Origin: an uncultured Gammaproteobacteria bacterium
Lineage (GTDB): Bacteria > Patescibacteriota > Patescibacteriia > SG8-24
Assembly (NCBI GenBank): GCA_964491475.1
Contig: CAZBFO010000002.1
Location: 208,501-272,500 of the forward strand
Reading direction: 5' to 3'
DNA: 64,000 bases
Below, piece by piece: positions 37,250 through 46,347 of the stretch. The translations under genes and the position numbers were made by a program. Within the stretch, counting starts at the first letter, position 1; each line of letters starts with the position of its first letter. The notes under the pieces are model-generated. The model had not been told where the DNA came from. It did not search any database and worked only from the letters and a program-made list of their open reading frames with translations.

Positions 37250-37828
37250 TTAGCGCTTGAGGAGGCGGCCGAAAAGGGAAGACTTCTTGGTGGGGGCGGG
37301 GGAGGCGGCCTTCTTGGCGACGGTCTTTGCCGCGACCTTGCGGGCGGCGGGCTTTTTGGCAGCCTTCTTTGCGACTGCGGGGCCATCTGCCGCCGGTGCG
37401 GGCGCGGCTTCCGCCATTGCGAGTTCTGGCACGGTCTCGGTAGCGGGTTCAGGAACGGAGACGACGGCCTTGGCCATCGCCAGATCGTGTTCGGCGGCGA
37501 TCGCCTCGATGCTCTTTTCGACGGGCAGCGCGGCGGTGAGCTCCTCGACGCGACGGCCGACCATGCGGCGCGTGGCATCGAGCGTGGAAAGCAGGTGCAG
37601 CTTGGAGGCCAGCACGCGGTCGCCGATGACGCCGTCGACCCAGGCGGCGATGTCGTTACCGTCGGGGCGGACGTGATGGGCGAACTCGACCTCGTTCATG
37701 TCGTCGAGAGCGGCGGCGAGCTCCTTCATGTTCTTGGCGATGACGCCGTGATTGAACCAGAAAGCCTTGTGGTCTTCGGCGACGTTCTGGAGGAATAAGC
37801 TTGCTTCGGCGGCGTTAGGCGATTGCAT
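37250..37828 (-). CDS. Hypothetical protein with a C-terminal Lys/Ala-rich histone-H1-like tail
   Basis: The tail reads AKKAAKKPAARKVAAKTVAKKAASPAPTKK. It overlaps the GH57 gene by 14 bp and is operonic. Confidence 0.5.
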   Translation of the reverse strand: MQSPNAAEASLFLQNVAEDHKAFWFNHGVIAKNMKELAAALDDMNEVEFAHHVRPDGNDIAAWVDGVIGDRVLASKLHLLSTLDATRRMVGRRVEELTAALPVEKSIEAIAAEHDLAMAKAVVSVPEPATETVPELAMAEAAPAPAADGPAVAKKAAKKPAARKVAAKTVAKKAASPAPTKKSSLFGRLLKR

Positions 37829-39032
37829 AGGCGAGCGTGCGCGCTTTAAGGCGTAAAGTGACGTCGTGGATGACGTTCATGAATGAAACAAAGGCGTCGT
37901 AGGGCGTGTCGTACGGGTTGAAGTACTTGTGCACGTCGCCGTCCGAGAACCATTTGGTGCACATGTAGTAAAAGTGGTCGCTGGTGGTGAGCTTGCGCCA
38001 GTCGGCGATCAAGGCGGCGTCGCCGGACTTCTTGACCTCGGTCTCGAGCGCGTAGACGGCGTTCAGCGCGGCTTCCTGCATCGGGTTCGAGCGCCAGGCG
38101 GAGAGGTCGCGCTCGATGTCGGCCCAGGACATGGTGTGGGGCACGTGCAGTTCGCTGACCGGCGCGTACCGCTTGGCCGCCTCGCTCACCGTGACGAAGT
38201 CGTTGTCCGGATGCTTCAGGATCTCATCCGGCAAATGCCGCAGGAAGTCGAAGATGCCGGTGTCGGCCCACTGGTGCTCTCCGAAGGTCTCGTAGTCCAT
38301 GAAGAGGTTCACCAGCTGCCCGTTGCCGTTCTGCTCGTCGACCCAGCGCGCGAACTTCGGCGCGGTCAGCGGCCAACCGGCCCAGTCGCGGTTGGAAAAG
38401 CGGAAGGCGATGTCGTCGGAGAGGCGATAGTGCTTGAGCAGGAGCGCGATTTTGTCGCAGCCTGCCGGGCGGTAAACGAACGCGGGCGAGCGCCAGCCCA
38501 GAACGTGGTCTGCACCCTCCGCCAGTATAGCAGAAAAACCCATCCCTTCCACGAGTTTGGCTATGCGGTCGTCGTAGATGAGTTCGGTGTTGCGGAAAGC
38601 CGTCGGTTTCACTCCGAACAGCCGCTCGATGCGGGCAGAGTGTCCATGCACTTGCGTGCGAAATTCTTCCTCGGAATACAGCGCGGAGAGCGAGTGGTGC
38701 GAGGTCTCCGTCAGCAGCTCGACGCGGCCGGTAGCCACCAGCGCACGGAACGACTCGATGACTTCCGGCGCGAAGGCCTCGAACTGGTCGAGGGCCGTGC
38801 CCGAGACGGAATAGCTGATGCGGAACTGCGGATGCCGCTGCAGCAGCTCCAGCATCACCGCGTTGGTCGGCAGGTAGCACTTGTCGGCGACCTTGCGGAG
38901 GATACGGGCGTTGTTGAGGTTCGAGGCGCTCTGGTCCGCGAAGTAGCGCTGGTCCTCGCCGATGTCAAAGACCGAGTACGGTTTGACTCGGAAGGGCTGG
39001 TGCACTTGGAAGTAGAAGCAGACGGAAGGCAT
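37815..39032 (-). CDS. Glycoside hydrolase family 57 (alpha-amylase/branching-enzyme family)
   Basis: N-terminus FYFQVHQPFR, a GH57 hallmark. Confidence 0.75.
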   Translation of the reverse strand: MPSVCFYFQVHQPFRVKPYSVFDIGEDQRYFADQSASNLNNARILRKVADKCYLPTNAVMLELLQRHPQFRISYSVSGTALDQFEAFAPEVIESFRALVATGRVELLTETSHHSLSALYSEEEFRTQVHGHSARIERLFGVKPTAFRNTELIYDDRIAKLVEGMGFSAILAEGADHVLGWRSPAFVYRPAGCDKIALLLKHYRLSDDIAFRFSNRDWAGWPLTAPKFARWVDEQNGNGQLVNLFMDYETFGEHQWADTGIFDFLRHLPDEILKHPDNDFVTVSEAAKRYAPVSELHVPHTMSWADIERDLSAWRSNPMQEAALNAVYALETEVKKSGDAALIADWRKLTTSDHFYYMCTKWFSDGDVHKYFNPYDTPYDAFVSFMNVIHDVTLRLKARTLAYAIA

Positions 39033-39035
39033 GGG

Positions 39036-40244
39036 CTAGGCGGGTACGGCGGCGAGCTGGTGATAGACCTTGGCGACCTTTGCGGCGGCCGCGTCCCAGG
39101 TGACGTGGGGCAACGCCTGGCTCTGTTTTTCTCCCAGCGCGCGGGCCGAGTCGCGCTGCGAGACCACGCGAAGGATTTCGTCGGCCATTTTGCGCGTGTC
39201 CCAAAAATCCACCTGCACGGCGTCCGGCAGCACTTCGGCCACGCCGGACTGCTTGCTGACGATCACCGGCGTGCGGTGCTGCAGTGCCTCGAGCACGGTG
39301 ATGCCGAACGGTTCCGACACGGAGGGGAGCACGTACAGGTCGGCCATCTGGTACAGGCGGGCCACGTCGTCGCCGCGGCGGAAGCCGGCGAAGATGACGC
39401 GGTCGGCGATGCCAAGCGCCGCCGCCTCCATGATGACGCTGCGCTCCATGTCTCCCGAGCCGGCCACGATGAACATCACTTCCTTGTCGCGCCGCAGCAC
39501 CTGCTTGGCGGTCTTCAGGAACCAGTCCGGCCCCTTCTGCACCGTGATGCGCCCGAGGAACAGCACGATCTTGTAGTGGTCGCTCAATTTGCTGCGCAGC
39601 ATCGCGGTGACGTCATACGGATCGACGCCGTTGTGCACCACGCTGATCTTGTCGGCGTCCACGGAGTAGTGCCGGATGATCTTCCCCTTGGTGTAGTTGC
39701 TGACGGCGACCACCGCGTCCGAGCCGTGCATGCCGGCGCGTTCGCCGTCGTACACCATCTGGTTGACGTTGCCGTCGACGGTGCGGTCGAACTCGGTGGC
39801 ATGCACGTGCGAGACCAGCGGCCGGCCCGAAGCGGCCTTGGCGGCGAGCCCGGCGGGGAAGGAGAGCCAGTCGTGGCAGTGAATGACGTCGTGCTCGACT
39901 ATCTGCGCGATGGCATAGGCCTTCTCGGCGTAGCGCTGCGTCTCTTCGTACAGGTCGCGCCCGTACAGCCGCGAGAGTTCCGGAGGGAGCGAGGCCATCA
40001 GTACGCGGTAGCGGTCGTCGGTGAGGTAGCCGGCCAGCGGCGAGTTGACCGTCTTCACGGTCAGTCCGGGAACATCCGCAAACAGCATGTCCATGTAGTC
40101 CACTTTGATGTCGAGCTGTTTGGGGAGCACGAAGGTGATCTGATGGCCGACGCGCGCCAAGGCACGCGTTAAGCCCAAACAAGCGGTGCCCAGGCCGCCG
40201 CTGTTGAACGGGGGAAATTCCCATCCGAACATCAAGACTTTCAT
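39036..40244 (-). CDS. GT4-family glycosyltransferase (glycogen synthase-like)
   Basis: MKVLMFGWEFPPFNSGGLGTA... with the C-terminal EPFG motif of retaining GT-B enzymes. Start trimmed. Confidence 0.75.
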   Translation of the reverse strand: MKVLMFGWEFPPFNSGGLGTACLGLTRALARVGHQITFVLPKQLDIKVDYMDMLFADVPGLTVKTVNSPLAGYLTDDRYRVLMASLPPELSRLYGRDLYEETQRYAEKAYAIAQIVEHDVIHCHDWLSFPAGLAAKAASGRPLVSHVHATEFDRTVDGNVNQMVYDGERAGMHGSDAVVAVSNYTKGKIIRHYSVDADKISVVHNGVDPYDVTAMLRSKLSDHYKIVLFLGRITVQKGPDWFLKTAKQVLRRDKEVMFIVAGSGDMERSVIMEAAALGIADRVIFAGFRRGDDVARLYQMADLYVLPSVSEPFGITVLEALQHRTPVIVSKQSGVAEVLPDAVQVDFWDTRKMADEILRVVSQRDSARALGEKQSQALPHVTWDAAAAKVAKVYHQLAAVPA

Positions 40245-40406
40245 CGGTTGGGGATATCTGAAGCCTGTCTCTTTATGCCGCCAGTATATAAGAAATCGTC
40301 GACGGCGTCGACCGTTGACTTGCGGCAAAAACGCGTGCTAGGGTCCGGATGTCGCCCTTTTCTTTTTCGTCCGCAAACCTCGCAGAATTTTGGAAGGAAA
40401 CGCGCC

Positions 40407-40862
40407 ATGAGCGATCAGTCATTGGACACGCCGACCGTAGAGGGGGCGTTCCGCATCATGCCGTCTGACATCGACGCCACCAGGCCGTTCTTGCGGGCCT
40501 TCGGCAAGACCGAGACGGAGAGCGCCGCACTCGGGATCGTCCTGTACTGCCAGGAAAAAGGCAGTTGGGTACCGTTCGCTGTCGATGAGCTGACGGCGCA
40601 CTTCCGCGCCACCCGCGCCGCCGGCAAGGTCTACCCCTACACGAGCATCTGGAAGCTGGCGTCCGATCCCTATTACCTCTTCATGAGGCATCCGAAAGAA
40701 CAGTGGTCGTCCGTTCCGCCCGACACGTTCCTTCTGCACCGGCTCAACCCGTCGTCCGGCAGGCTGGAGCGGCTCGGCCCGGACGGCAAGTACCGAGTGA
40801 CCGAGCTTTTCGTAGAAAGATGCCATCAGTCGTCTGTCGCACGCGCTTCTTCCGCGCCATGA
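40407..40862 (+). CDS. Hypothetical protein (151 aa)
   Basis: Start trimmed to the ATG after a ggaagg RBS. No motif recognised. Confidence 0.4.
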   Translation: MSDQSLDTPTVEGAFRIMPSDIDATRPFLRAFGKTETESAALGIVLYCQEKGSWVPFAVDELTAHFRATRAAGKVYPYTSIWKLASDPYYLFMRHPKEQWSSVPPDTFLLHRLNPSSGRLERLGPDGKYRVTELFVERCHQSSVARASSAP

Positions 40863-40870
40863 AGCCAAAC

Positions 40871-40906
40871 CGCCCGCCTCCGTTAGGAGGACGGGCGATT
40901 TTTTAT
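40871..40906 (+). terminator. Rho-independent terminator
   Basis: cgcccgcctcc-gtta-ggaggacgggcg followed by attttttat. Confidence 0.55.
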
Positions 40907-40912
40907 CTGCCG

Positions 40913-42976
40913 CTAGATGTCCAGGTTCTTCACGCTCTTGGCGCGAGTCTGGATGAACTTCTTGCGCGGCTCGACCTCGTTGCCCATCAGGATGTCGAAG
41001 ATGGTGTCAGCCTTCTCGGCATCGTCGATGTTCACTTTGAGCATCGTGCGCGTCTCGGGGTTCATGGTGGTCTCCCAAAGCTGGTCGGCGTTCATTTCGC
41101 CGAGACCCTTGTAGCGCTGGATGGTCACCCCGCCGACGCTCACCACGCCTTCGCCTTCGGCGGCGGCCTCGGCCGGCGCGGCACCGTCCGTTTCGGTCAC
41201 GTCGACAGGTTCGGCCTTGGCCTTGCCGCCCTTGGCGGCGCGGGCAGCGGCGTTCTCGGCCTTCTTTGCGAGCAGGTCGGCGACGTGCTTGTCACGCTCC
41301 GCCTCCGTGAAGCAGTAGTAGAACTCCTTGCCCTTGCTGACGCGGTACAGCGGCGGCTGGGCGATATAGAGGTGGCCTTCGGTGATCAGGCGCGGGAAGT
41401 ACCTGTAGAAGAGGGTCAGGAGCAGCGTGCGGATGTGCGCGCCGTCCACGTCGGCGTCGGTCATCAGCACGATGCGGCCGTAGCGCAGCTTCTCGAGCTC
41501 GAACTGCTCGCCGATGTTGGTGCCGAGCGCGATGATCAGGTTCTTGACCTGCTCGTTGGTGAGGATCTTGTCGATGCGGGCGCGTTCGACGTTGAGGATC
41601 TTGCCGCGGAGGGGGAGGATGGCCTGCAGGTCGCGGTTGCGCCCTTGCTTGGCCGAGCCGCCTGCCGAGTCGCCCTCGACGATGAACAGCTCGGTGCGCA
41701 TGGCGTCCTTGCTGGAGCAGTCGGCCAGCTTGCCGGGGAGGGTGAGGCCCTCGAGCGCGCCTTTGCGCAAGACGGTGTCGCGGGCGGCGCGGGCGGCCAT
41801 GCGCGCGCGGGAAGCGAGCACGCACTTCTCGATGATGGCCTGCCCGTCCTTGGGGTGCTCTTCTAAGTAGATGTCGAGCGCCGTGGAGAAGACCGACTCG
41901 ACCGCCGGCTTGGCTTCGGGGTTGCCGAGCTTGGCCTTGGTCTGTCCTTCGAACTGCGGCTCCTTCACCTTCACGCTGATGATGGCCGTCAGTCCTTCGC
42001 GCGCGTCCTCGCCGGAGATGTTCTCGTCCTTCTCTTTTAAGAAGCCTTGCTTGCGGGCGTAGTTGTTCAGGGAGCGGGTGAGGGCGGAGCGGAAGCCGGC
42101 CACGTGCGTGCCGCCTTCGGGGTTGATGATGTTGTTGGCGAAAGCGTTGACGTTCTCCTTGAAGTCGTCGACGTATTGGAAGGCCACTTCGATGTCGACG
42201 CCTTCGGCCTCCTTGTGCACGTAGAAGATGTTGGGGTGCTTGGCCTCCTTCTGGTGGTTAAGGAAGCGGACGTAGGAGCGGACGCCGCCTTCGAAGTAGA
42301 AACCGTAAGACTGCTCCTGGCCTTTCGCGCGCTTGTCCCACAGCCGCAGGCGGATGCCCTTGGTGAGGTAGGCTTGGCGGCGAAGGTGATCGAGGATGTA
42401 GTTCCAGTCGTACTCGACGGTGGTGAAGATGGAGGGGTCGGCCTGGAAGGTGATGGTGGTGCCCGTGCCCTTGGCGTTGCCGACGGCGGTGACCTTCTTC
42501 TGCACCACGCCCTTCTTGTAGGTCTGCTCCCAGAGTTTGCCGTCGCGCTTCACCTCGGCCTTGAGGTTGACGGAGAGCGCGTTGACGACCGAGGCGCCGA
42601 CGCCGTGCAGACCGCCGGACACTTTGTAGCCGCCGCCGCCGAATTTTCCTCCGGCATGCAATTTGGTGAGCACCAGTTCGAGCGCCGAGACCTTGTACTC
42701 TTTTTGGATGTCGACCGGAATGCCGCGGCCGTTGTCGGACACGGAAACGTAGCCGTCAGGAAGCAGCGTGATGGTGATGTCGTTGGCATAGCCGGCCATG
42801 GCTTCGTCGAACGAGTTGTCGACGATTTCCCAGATGAGGTGATGCAGGCCTTCGGGACCAGTGGAGCCGATGTACATGCCGGGGCGGCGGCGCACTGCCT
42901 CGAGACCCTCGAGCACGGAAATTTGTTCTGCGCCGTACGCGGACCCTTCTTCCTTTTTCGGTTTCTTGTCGGCCAT
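40913..42976 (-). CDS. gyrB: DNA gyrase subunit B
   Basis: GHKL ATPase N-terminus (GLHHLIWEIVDNSFDE), Toprim domain with EGDSAGG, 687 aa. Confidence 0.9.
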   Translation of the reverse strand: MADKKPKKEEGSAYGAEQISVLEGLEAVRRRPGMYIGSTGPEGLHHLIWEIVDNSFDEAMAGYANDITITLLPDGYVSVSDNGRGIPVDIQKEYKVSALELVLTKLHAGGKFGGGGYKVSGGLHGVGASVVNALSVNLKAEVKRDGKLWEQTYKKGVVQKKVTAVGNAKGTGTTITFQADPSIFTTVEYDWNYILDHLRRQAYLTKGIRLRLWDKRAKGQEQSYGFYFEGGVRSYVRFLNHQKEAKHPNIFYVHKEAEGVDIEVAFQYVDDFKENVNAFANNIINPEGGTHVAGFRSALTRSLNNYARKQGFLKEKDENISGEDAREGLTAIISVKVKEPQFEGQTKAKLGNPEAKPAVESVFSTALDIYLEEHPKDGQAIIEKCVLASRARMAARAARDTVLRKGALEGLTLPGKLADCSSKDAMRTELFIVEGDSAGGSAKQGRNRDLQAILPLRGKILNVERARIDKILTNEQVKNLIIALGTNIGEQFELEKLRYGRIVLMTDADVDGAHIRTLLLTLFYRYFPRLITEGHLYIAQPPLYRVSKGKEFYYCFTEAERDKHVADLLAKKAENAAARAAKGGKAKAEPVDVTETDGAAPAEAAAEGEGVVSVGGVTIQRYKGLGEMNADQLWETTMNPETRTMLKVNIDDAEKADTIFDILMGNEVEPRKKFIQTRAKSVKNLDI

Positions 42977-43151
42977 AGGTGGTGGGTGACTGAAACTCCG
43001 CGTCTGCGGATAAGCACGATGATGGTATCAGGACGGACAGCTGGCGACAAGATGAAAAGGAGCGACAGTCAAGCGGGGGAGTGAGAAGAAATGTGACCGG
43101 AAATCCTGAAAAACATCCTCGAAGAACGGTGAACACAAAAAATGTTCATAT

Positions 43152-43175
43152 AAAAATCCCGCTTTTGCAGCGGGA
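43152..43175 (-). terminator. Terminator of the 43184 membrane gene
   Basis: tcccgct-ttgc-agcggga hairpin; on the minus strand it is followed by a U-run. Confidence 0.55.
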
Positions 43176-43183
43176 AGCGACCG

Positions 43184-43600
43184 TCAGCTGACGATCCAGA
43201 AGACCAAACCGACCTGAATAAGAGAGATGAGCAGCAGGAAAGCAAGCGACAAATGATCGTCGAGTTCCTTCATGAGAGCGTGCACCAGATAGGGGATGGC
43301 CACGAAGAAGCCGATGATGAACAGCGCGACGTGGCCCGAGGTGCGCGAAGCGCCGATGCTCGCGCTGGCGGCGGTGCCGGCCAGCACCAGTAGGCGGGCT
43401 GCCGAGATCTGTGCCGGTTCATCGTCGATGTCCTTTACGGCCGGGGTCAGCGCGGTCACGAACGCGAGCAGGGCTAGCAGGATGAGCGCCGTGCCGTCGG
43501 CGCTCTGCGCGGCGGTGTAGCCGGCGTTTTTGAGGAGCACGTTCGCGCAGAAGGCGAGCACCGTCGCGATGGCCAAATGCCTGACGTATCTCGATTTCAT
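43184..43600 (-). CDS. Small membrane protein (4 TM)
   Basis: Hydrophobic helices throughout its 138 aa. Confidence 0.45.
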   Translation of the reverse strand: MKSRYVRHLAIATVLAFCANVLLKNAGYTAAQSADGTALILLALLAFVTALTPAVKDIDDEPAQISAARLLVLAGTAASASIGASRTSGHVALFIIGFFVAIPYLVHALMKELDDHLSLAFLLLISLIQVGLVFWIVS

Positions 43601-43712
43601 GGAATGACCTCGGCGCGAGTCTGCACGAGAACGGCCGTTTTGTCAACCGTCGCGCATGGCCAATCAGATCGAAAAATGGTAGACTGAACCAAGACGCATA
43701 ACCGCCATCCAC

Positions 43713-44591
43713 ATGGACTTCGAGCCCGCACGCCAGGAACAACTTACGGAGAAACACCTCAACTGGGGGTACTGGTGGGTGACGCACAAGGTCCAAGTGC
43801 GCAACTGGACTTCGGTAGCCTTGGCGGTGTTCGGCGCCGTCGCGCTCGGTTACGGCCTGTTCGGTTTCGCCGACTGGTATTTCGGTTCCGGCGTGGTGGA
43901 GCGCCAGCAGATAGGCCTGCTGACCACCAACACGACGGACTTCGCGGGCATCCGCGCCAAGAACGCGCCTCAAGACTTGCAGCTCTCCGATCCCTCTTAC
44001 GTCGGTTCCGGCGAGGGCGTGTACGACATGGCGGCGCGCATCACCAACAACAACGCGCGCTGGTGGTCCGACTTGGATTACCACTTCACCTCTTCGGCCG
44101 TCACCACGCCGGTGCAGCACGGCTACGTGCTGCCGGGCGACTTCATGAACCTGTCCGCGCTCGGCGTAAAGGCGGACGGCGCTCCGGACGGCCTGGCGCT
44201 CATCATCGACCGGCAGACCTGGCACCGCGTCGACCTGCACCTCACCAGGCCCGATTACGAGTCGTGGGCCACCGACCGTTTGCGCCTGACGATGGATCAG
44301 CCGGTGTTCATTCCTCCGCTCGCCACGGACACCGTTCCCGCCAGCCGCGTTCGCTTCAACGTCAAGAACGACACCGGCTTCGGGTACTACAAGGTCGGCT
44401 TCTTCGTTACGACGGAAAGCGGCGGCCGCATCACCGGAATCAATCACGTGACCATCAGCAACTTCCGCCCCGGCGACACGCGTGAAGTCAACGCCACTTG
44501 GTTCGCCGATTTGCCTGCGGCGACCAACATCGAGGTGAAACCCGAAGTGCACATCTTCGATGATCGCAACTACATCCCGCCGGGGAAGTAG
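43713..44591 (+). CDS. Membrane-anchored hypothetical protein (292 aa)
   Basis: N-terminal TM segment VALAVFGAVALGYGLFGF. A TGgTAGACT extended -10 lies at 43677-43685. Confidence 0.45.
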   Translation: MDFEPARQEQLTEKHLNWGYWWVTHKVQVRNWTSVALAVFGAVALGYGLFGFADWYFGSGVVERQQIGLLTTNTTDFAGIRAKNAPQDLQLSDPSYVGSGEGVYDMAARITNNNARWWSDLDYHFTSSAVTTPVQHGYVLPGDFMNLSALGVKADGAPDGLALIIDRQTWHRVDLHLTRPDYESWATDRLRLTMDQPVFIPPLATDTVPASRVRFNVKNDTGFGYYKVGFFVTTESGGRITGINHVTISNFRPGDTREVNATWFADLPAATNIEVKPEVHIFDDRNYIPPGK

Positions 44592-44660
44592 CCCGCTTCA
44601 CCGTTCCTCCCCGCCATGCTATGAAGAAGCGCATACGCGCTTCTTTCGTTTCACGCCTCC

Positions 44661-45749
44661 ATGCCGACGTATTTCCGAAAATTCGACTGGATGCTGTTCG
44701 CCGCTTGCGCCGTCCTGTCCGCGTTCGGGCTCGCTGCCATATACAGCACCTCCTTGGGCGCGCCGGGGACCGGCAGCGACTTCTCCCTGTTCTGGAAGCA
44801 GGCGGTGTTCATCTGCGTCGGGCTCTTCGTGGCCTTCGTCATTCCGGTGTTCGACTTTCGGCAGCTGACGGGGCTGTCCCGGCCGCTGTACGCGCTCTCG
44901 CTCGTCCTGCTGGTGGCAGTGCTGTTGTTCGGTCACACCGTCAAGGGAGCCCGCAGCTGGTTCGGCGTCGGCAGCTTCGGCGTGCAGCCGGTGGAGATCG
45001 TGAAGATCTGCATGGTCGTCGTGCTGGCCAAGTTCTTCAGCGACTACGCCCGCCAGCCGGAGGGACTCAAGCAGATCTTCGGTTCGGGGTCGTCGATGGC
45101 TGCGGTGGTGCTGCTGGTGCTGCTGCAGCCTGACCTCGGTTCCGCCCTGCTGCTCTTGGCCATGTGGGGGTCGCTGCTGCTCGTTTCCGGCATCCGTCGG
45201 AGCCACTTGATCATCATCGGCCTGCTCTGTCTCACTGCGGCAGTGTTCTCCTGGACCTTCATTCTCAAGCCGTACCAGAAGGACCGCATCGCGGTGTTCT
45301 GGGACCCGTCGCATGACCCCAGCGGCAGGGGATACAACGTCACGCAGGCGATCATCGCCAGCGGTTCCGGCGGCATGTTCGGCAAGGGCTTGGGTTTCGG
45401 TTCGCAGAGCCAGCTGCGATTCCTCCCGGAACGCCAGACCGACTTCATCTTCTCGGTCATCGCCGAGGAGCTGGGTTTCGTCGGCGTGCTGATCCTCTGC
45501 GGACTGTATGCGGTGGTGTTCTACCGCGGCTATCGCCTGGCGAAGGGGAGCCAGGACGACTTCACCATGTTCCTGACGCTGGGCTTCATGTTCTCGATCG
45601 GCGTGGAGATTTTCGTGAACGTGGGCGGCAACCTGCGCCTGCTGCCGGTCACCGGCGTCACCCTGCCGTTCATCAGCTACGGCGGCAGCTCGGTGGTGGC
45701 CAAATACGTGATGGTCGGCATCCTCGAGTCGGTCGCGGTACGCCGATAA
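44661..45749 (+). CDS. SEDS-family peptidoglycan glycosyltransferase (FtsW/RodA)
   Basis: Ten TM segments and the C-terminal GGNLRLLPVTGVTLPFISYGGSS motif. Confidence 0.85.
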   Translation: MPTYFRKFDWMLFAACAVLSAFGLAAIYSTSLGAPGTGSDFSLFWKQAVFICVGLFVAFVIPVFDFRQLTGLSRPLYALSLVLLVAVLLFGHTVKGARSWFGVGSFGVQPVEIVKICMVVVLAKFFSDYARQPEGLKQIFGSGSSMAAVVLLVLLQPDLGSALLLLAMWGSLLLVSGIRRSHLIIIGLLCLTAAVFSWTFILKPYQKDRIAVFWDPSHDPSGRGYNVTQAIIASGSGGMFGKGLGFGSQSQLRFLPERQTDFIFSVIAEELGFVGVLILCGLYAVVFYRGYRLAKGSQDDFTMFLTLGFMFSIGVEIFVNVGGNLRLLPVTGVTLPFISYGGSSVVAKYVMVGILESVAVRR

Positions 45750-45760
45750 TTAAGGCGGAC

Positions 45761-45826
45761 TGTGCACAAGTCGCGTTGACCCGAAGCCGAAAAAATGATA
45801 AAGTATACACATGGATGCACGCTTTC
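45761..45826. promoter_or_regulatory. Two copies of the palindrome TGTGCACA bracketing a TGaTAAAGT extended -10
   Basis: Palindromes at 45761-45768 and 45819-45826 (58 bp centre to centre) flank a -10 at 45790-45798, upstream of the 45916 gene. Confidence 0.4.
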
Positions 45827-45915
45827 CGTGTGCACAAAAAGGTTCGAACGGCGGCAAGATAAGGCGGAAAAGAAAAACAAAACGCGCCCTCGGGTAATGC
45901 CGAGGCCGCAACACT

Positions 45916-46266
45916 ATGCCGGTTCCGTCCAACCACGCATCGCCGTTTTTCGATGAGGGAGTCAAATTGATTTCCTACTGCCCGCTGTGCGAGTCGAGCT
46001 ATAATCCCCGCGAGGCCAAAGTCCTCGGCGAGAAGGAGGACAGCCACCTGCTGCACATTCAGTGCGGCAACTGCGCCAACGCCATCATCGCGCTCGTGCT
46101 CATCTCTTCGGTGGGCGTCAGCTCGGTCGGCCTGGTCACCGACCTCGGTTACGAAGAGGTCAACCGCTTCAAGGCCAATGCGCCCGTCACGACGGACGAC
46201 GTGATCGAGACGCATCACCTGCTGCAGGACGAGGCGGCGCTGTTCGGCCGATTGGCCATGGCCTGA
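45916..46266 (+). CDS. Zinc-ribbon hypothetical protein (116 aa)
   Basis: Motifs CPLCES and CGNCAN form a putative Zn ribbon. A hydrophobic stretch follows. Confidence 0.45.
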   Translation: MPVPSNHASPFFDEGVKLISYCPLCESSYNPREAKVLGEKEDSHLLHIQCGNCANAIIALVLISSVGVSSVGLVTDLGYEEVNRFKANAPVTTDDVIETHHLLQDEAALFGRLAMA

Positions 46267-46283
46267 TCACCAGAGACATCCAG

Positions 46284-46309
46284 CCCTCCGGAAACCCCGG
46301 AGGGTTTTG
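46284..46309 (+). terminator. Rho-independent terminator
   Basis: ccctccgg-aaac-cccggaggg followed by tttt. Confidence 0.6.
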
Positions 46310-46313
46310 CGTA

Positions 46314-46338
46314 TGAAAAAACGGACCGCGCGGTCCGT
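46314..46338 (-). terminator. Terminator for the minus-strand 46348 gene
   Basis: The 18-bp perfect palindrome acggaccgcgcggtccgt is preceded by aaaaaa on the plus strand, which is a U-run on the minus strand. Confidence 0.6.
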
Positions 46339-46347
46339 CGATAGCGT

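Noticed and set aside
35147-40172. Long plus-strand ORFs (883 aa and 747 aa) opposite the GH15, GH57 and GT4 genes
   Set aside because: Their composition is dominated by G/V/A/D/R repeats. The minus-strand genes carry recognisable glycoside-hydrolase and glycosyltransferase motifs.
43127-43145. Inverted repeat tgaaca-N7-tgttca upstream of gyrB
   Set aside because: It is short, about 150 bp from the gyrB start, and adjacent to a terminator hairpin. It is probably part of the terminator context rather than an operator.
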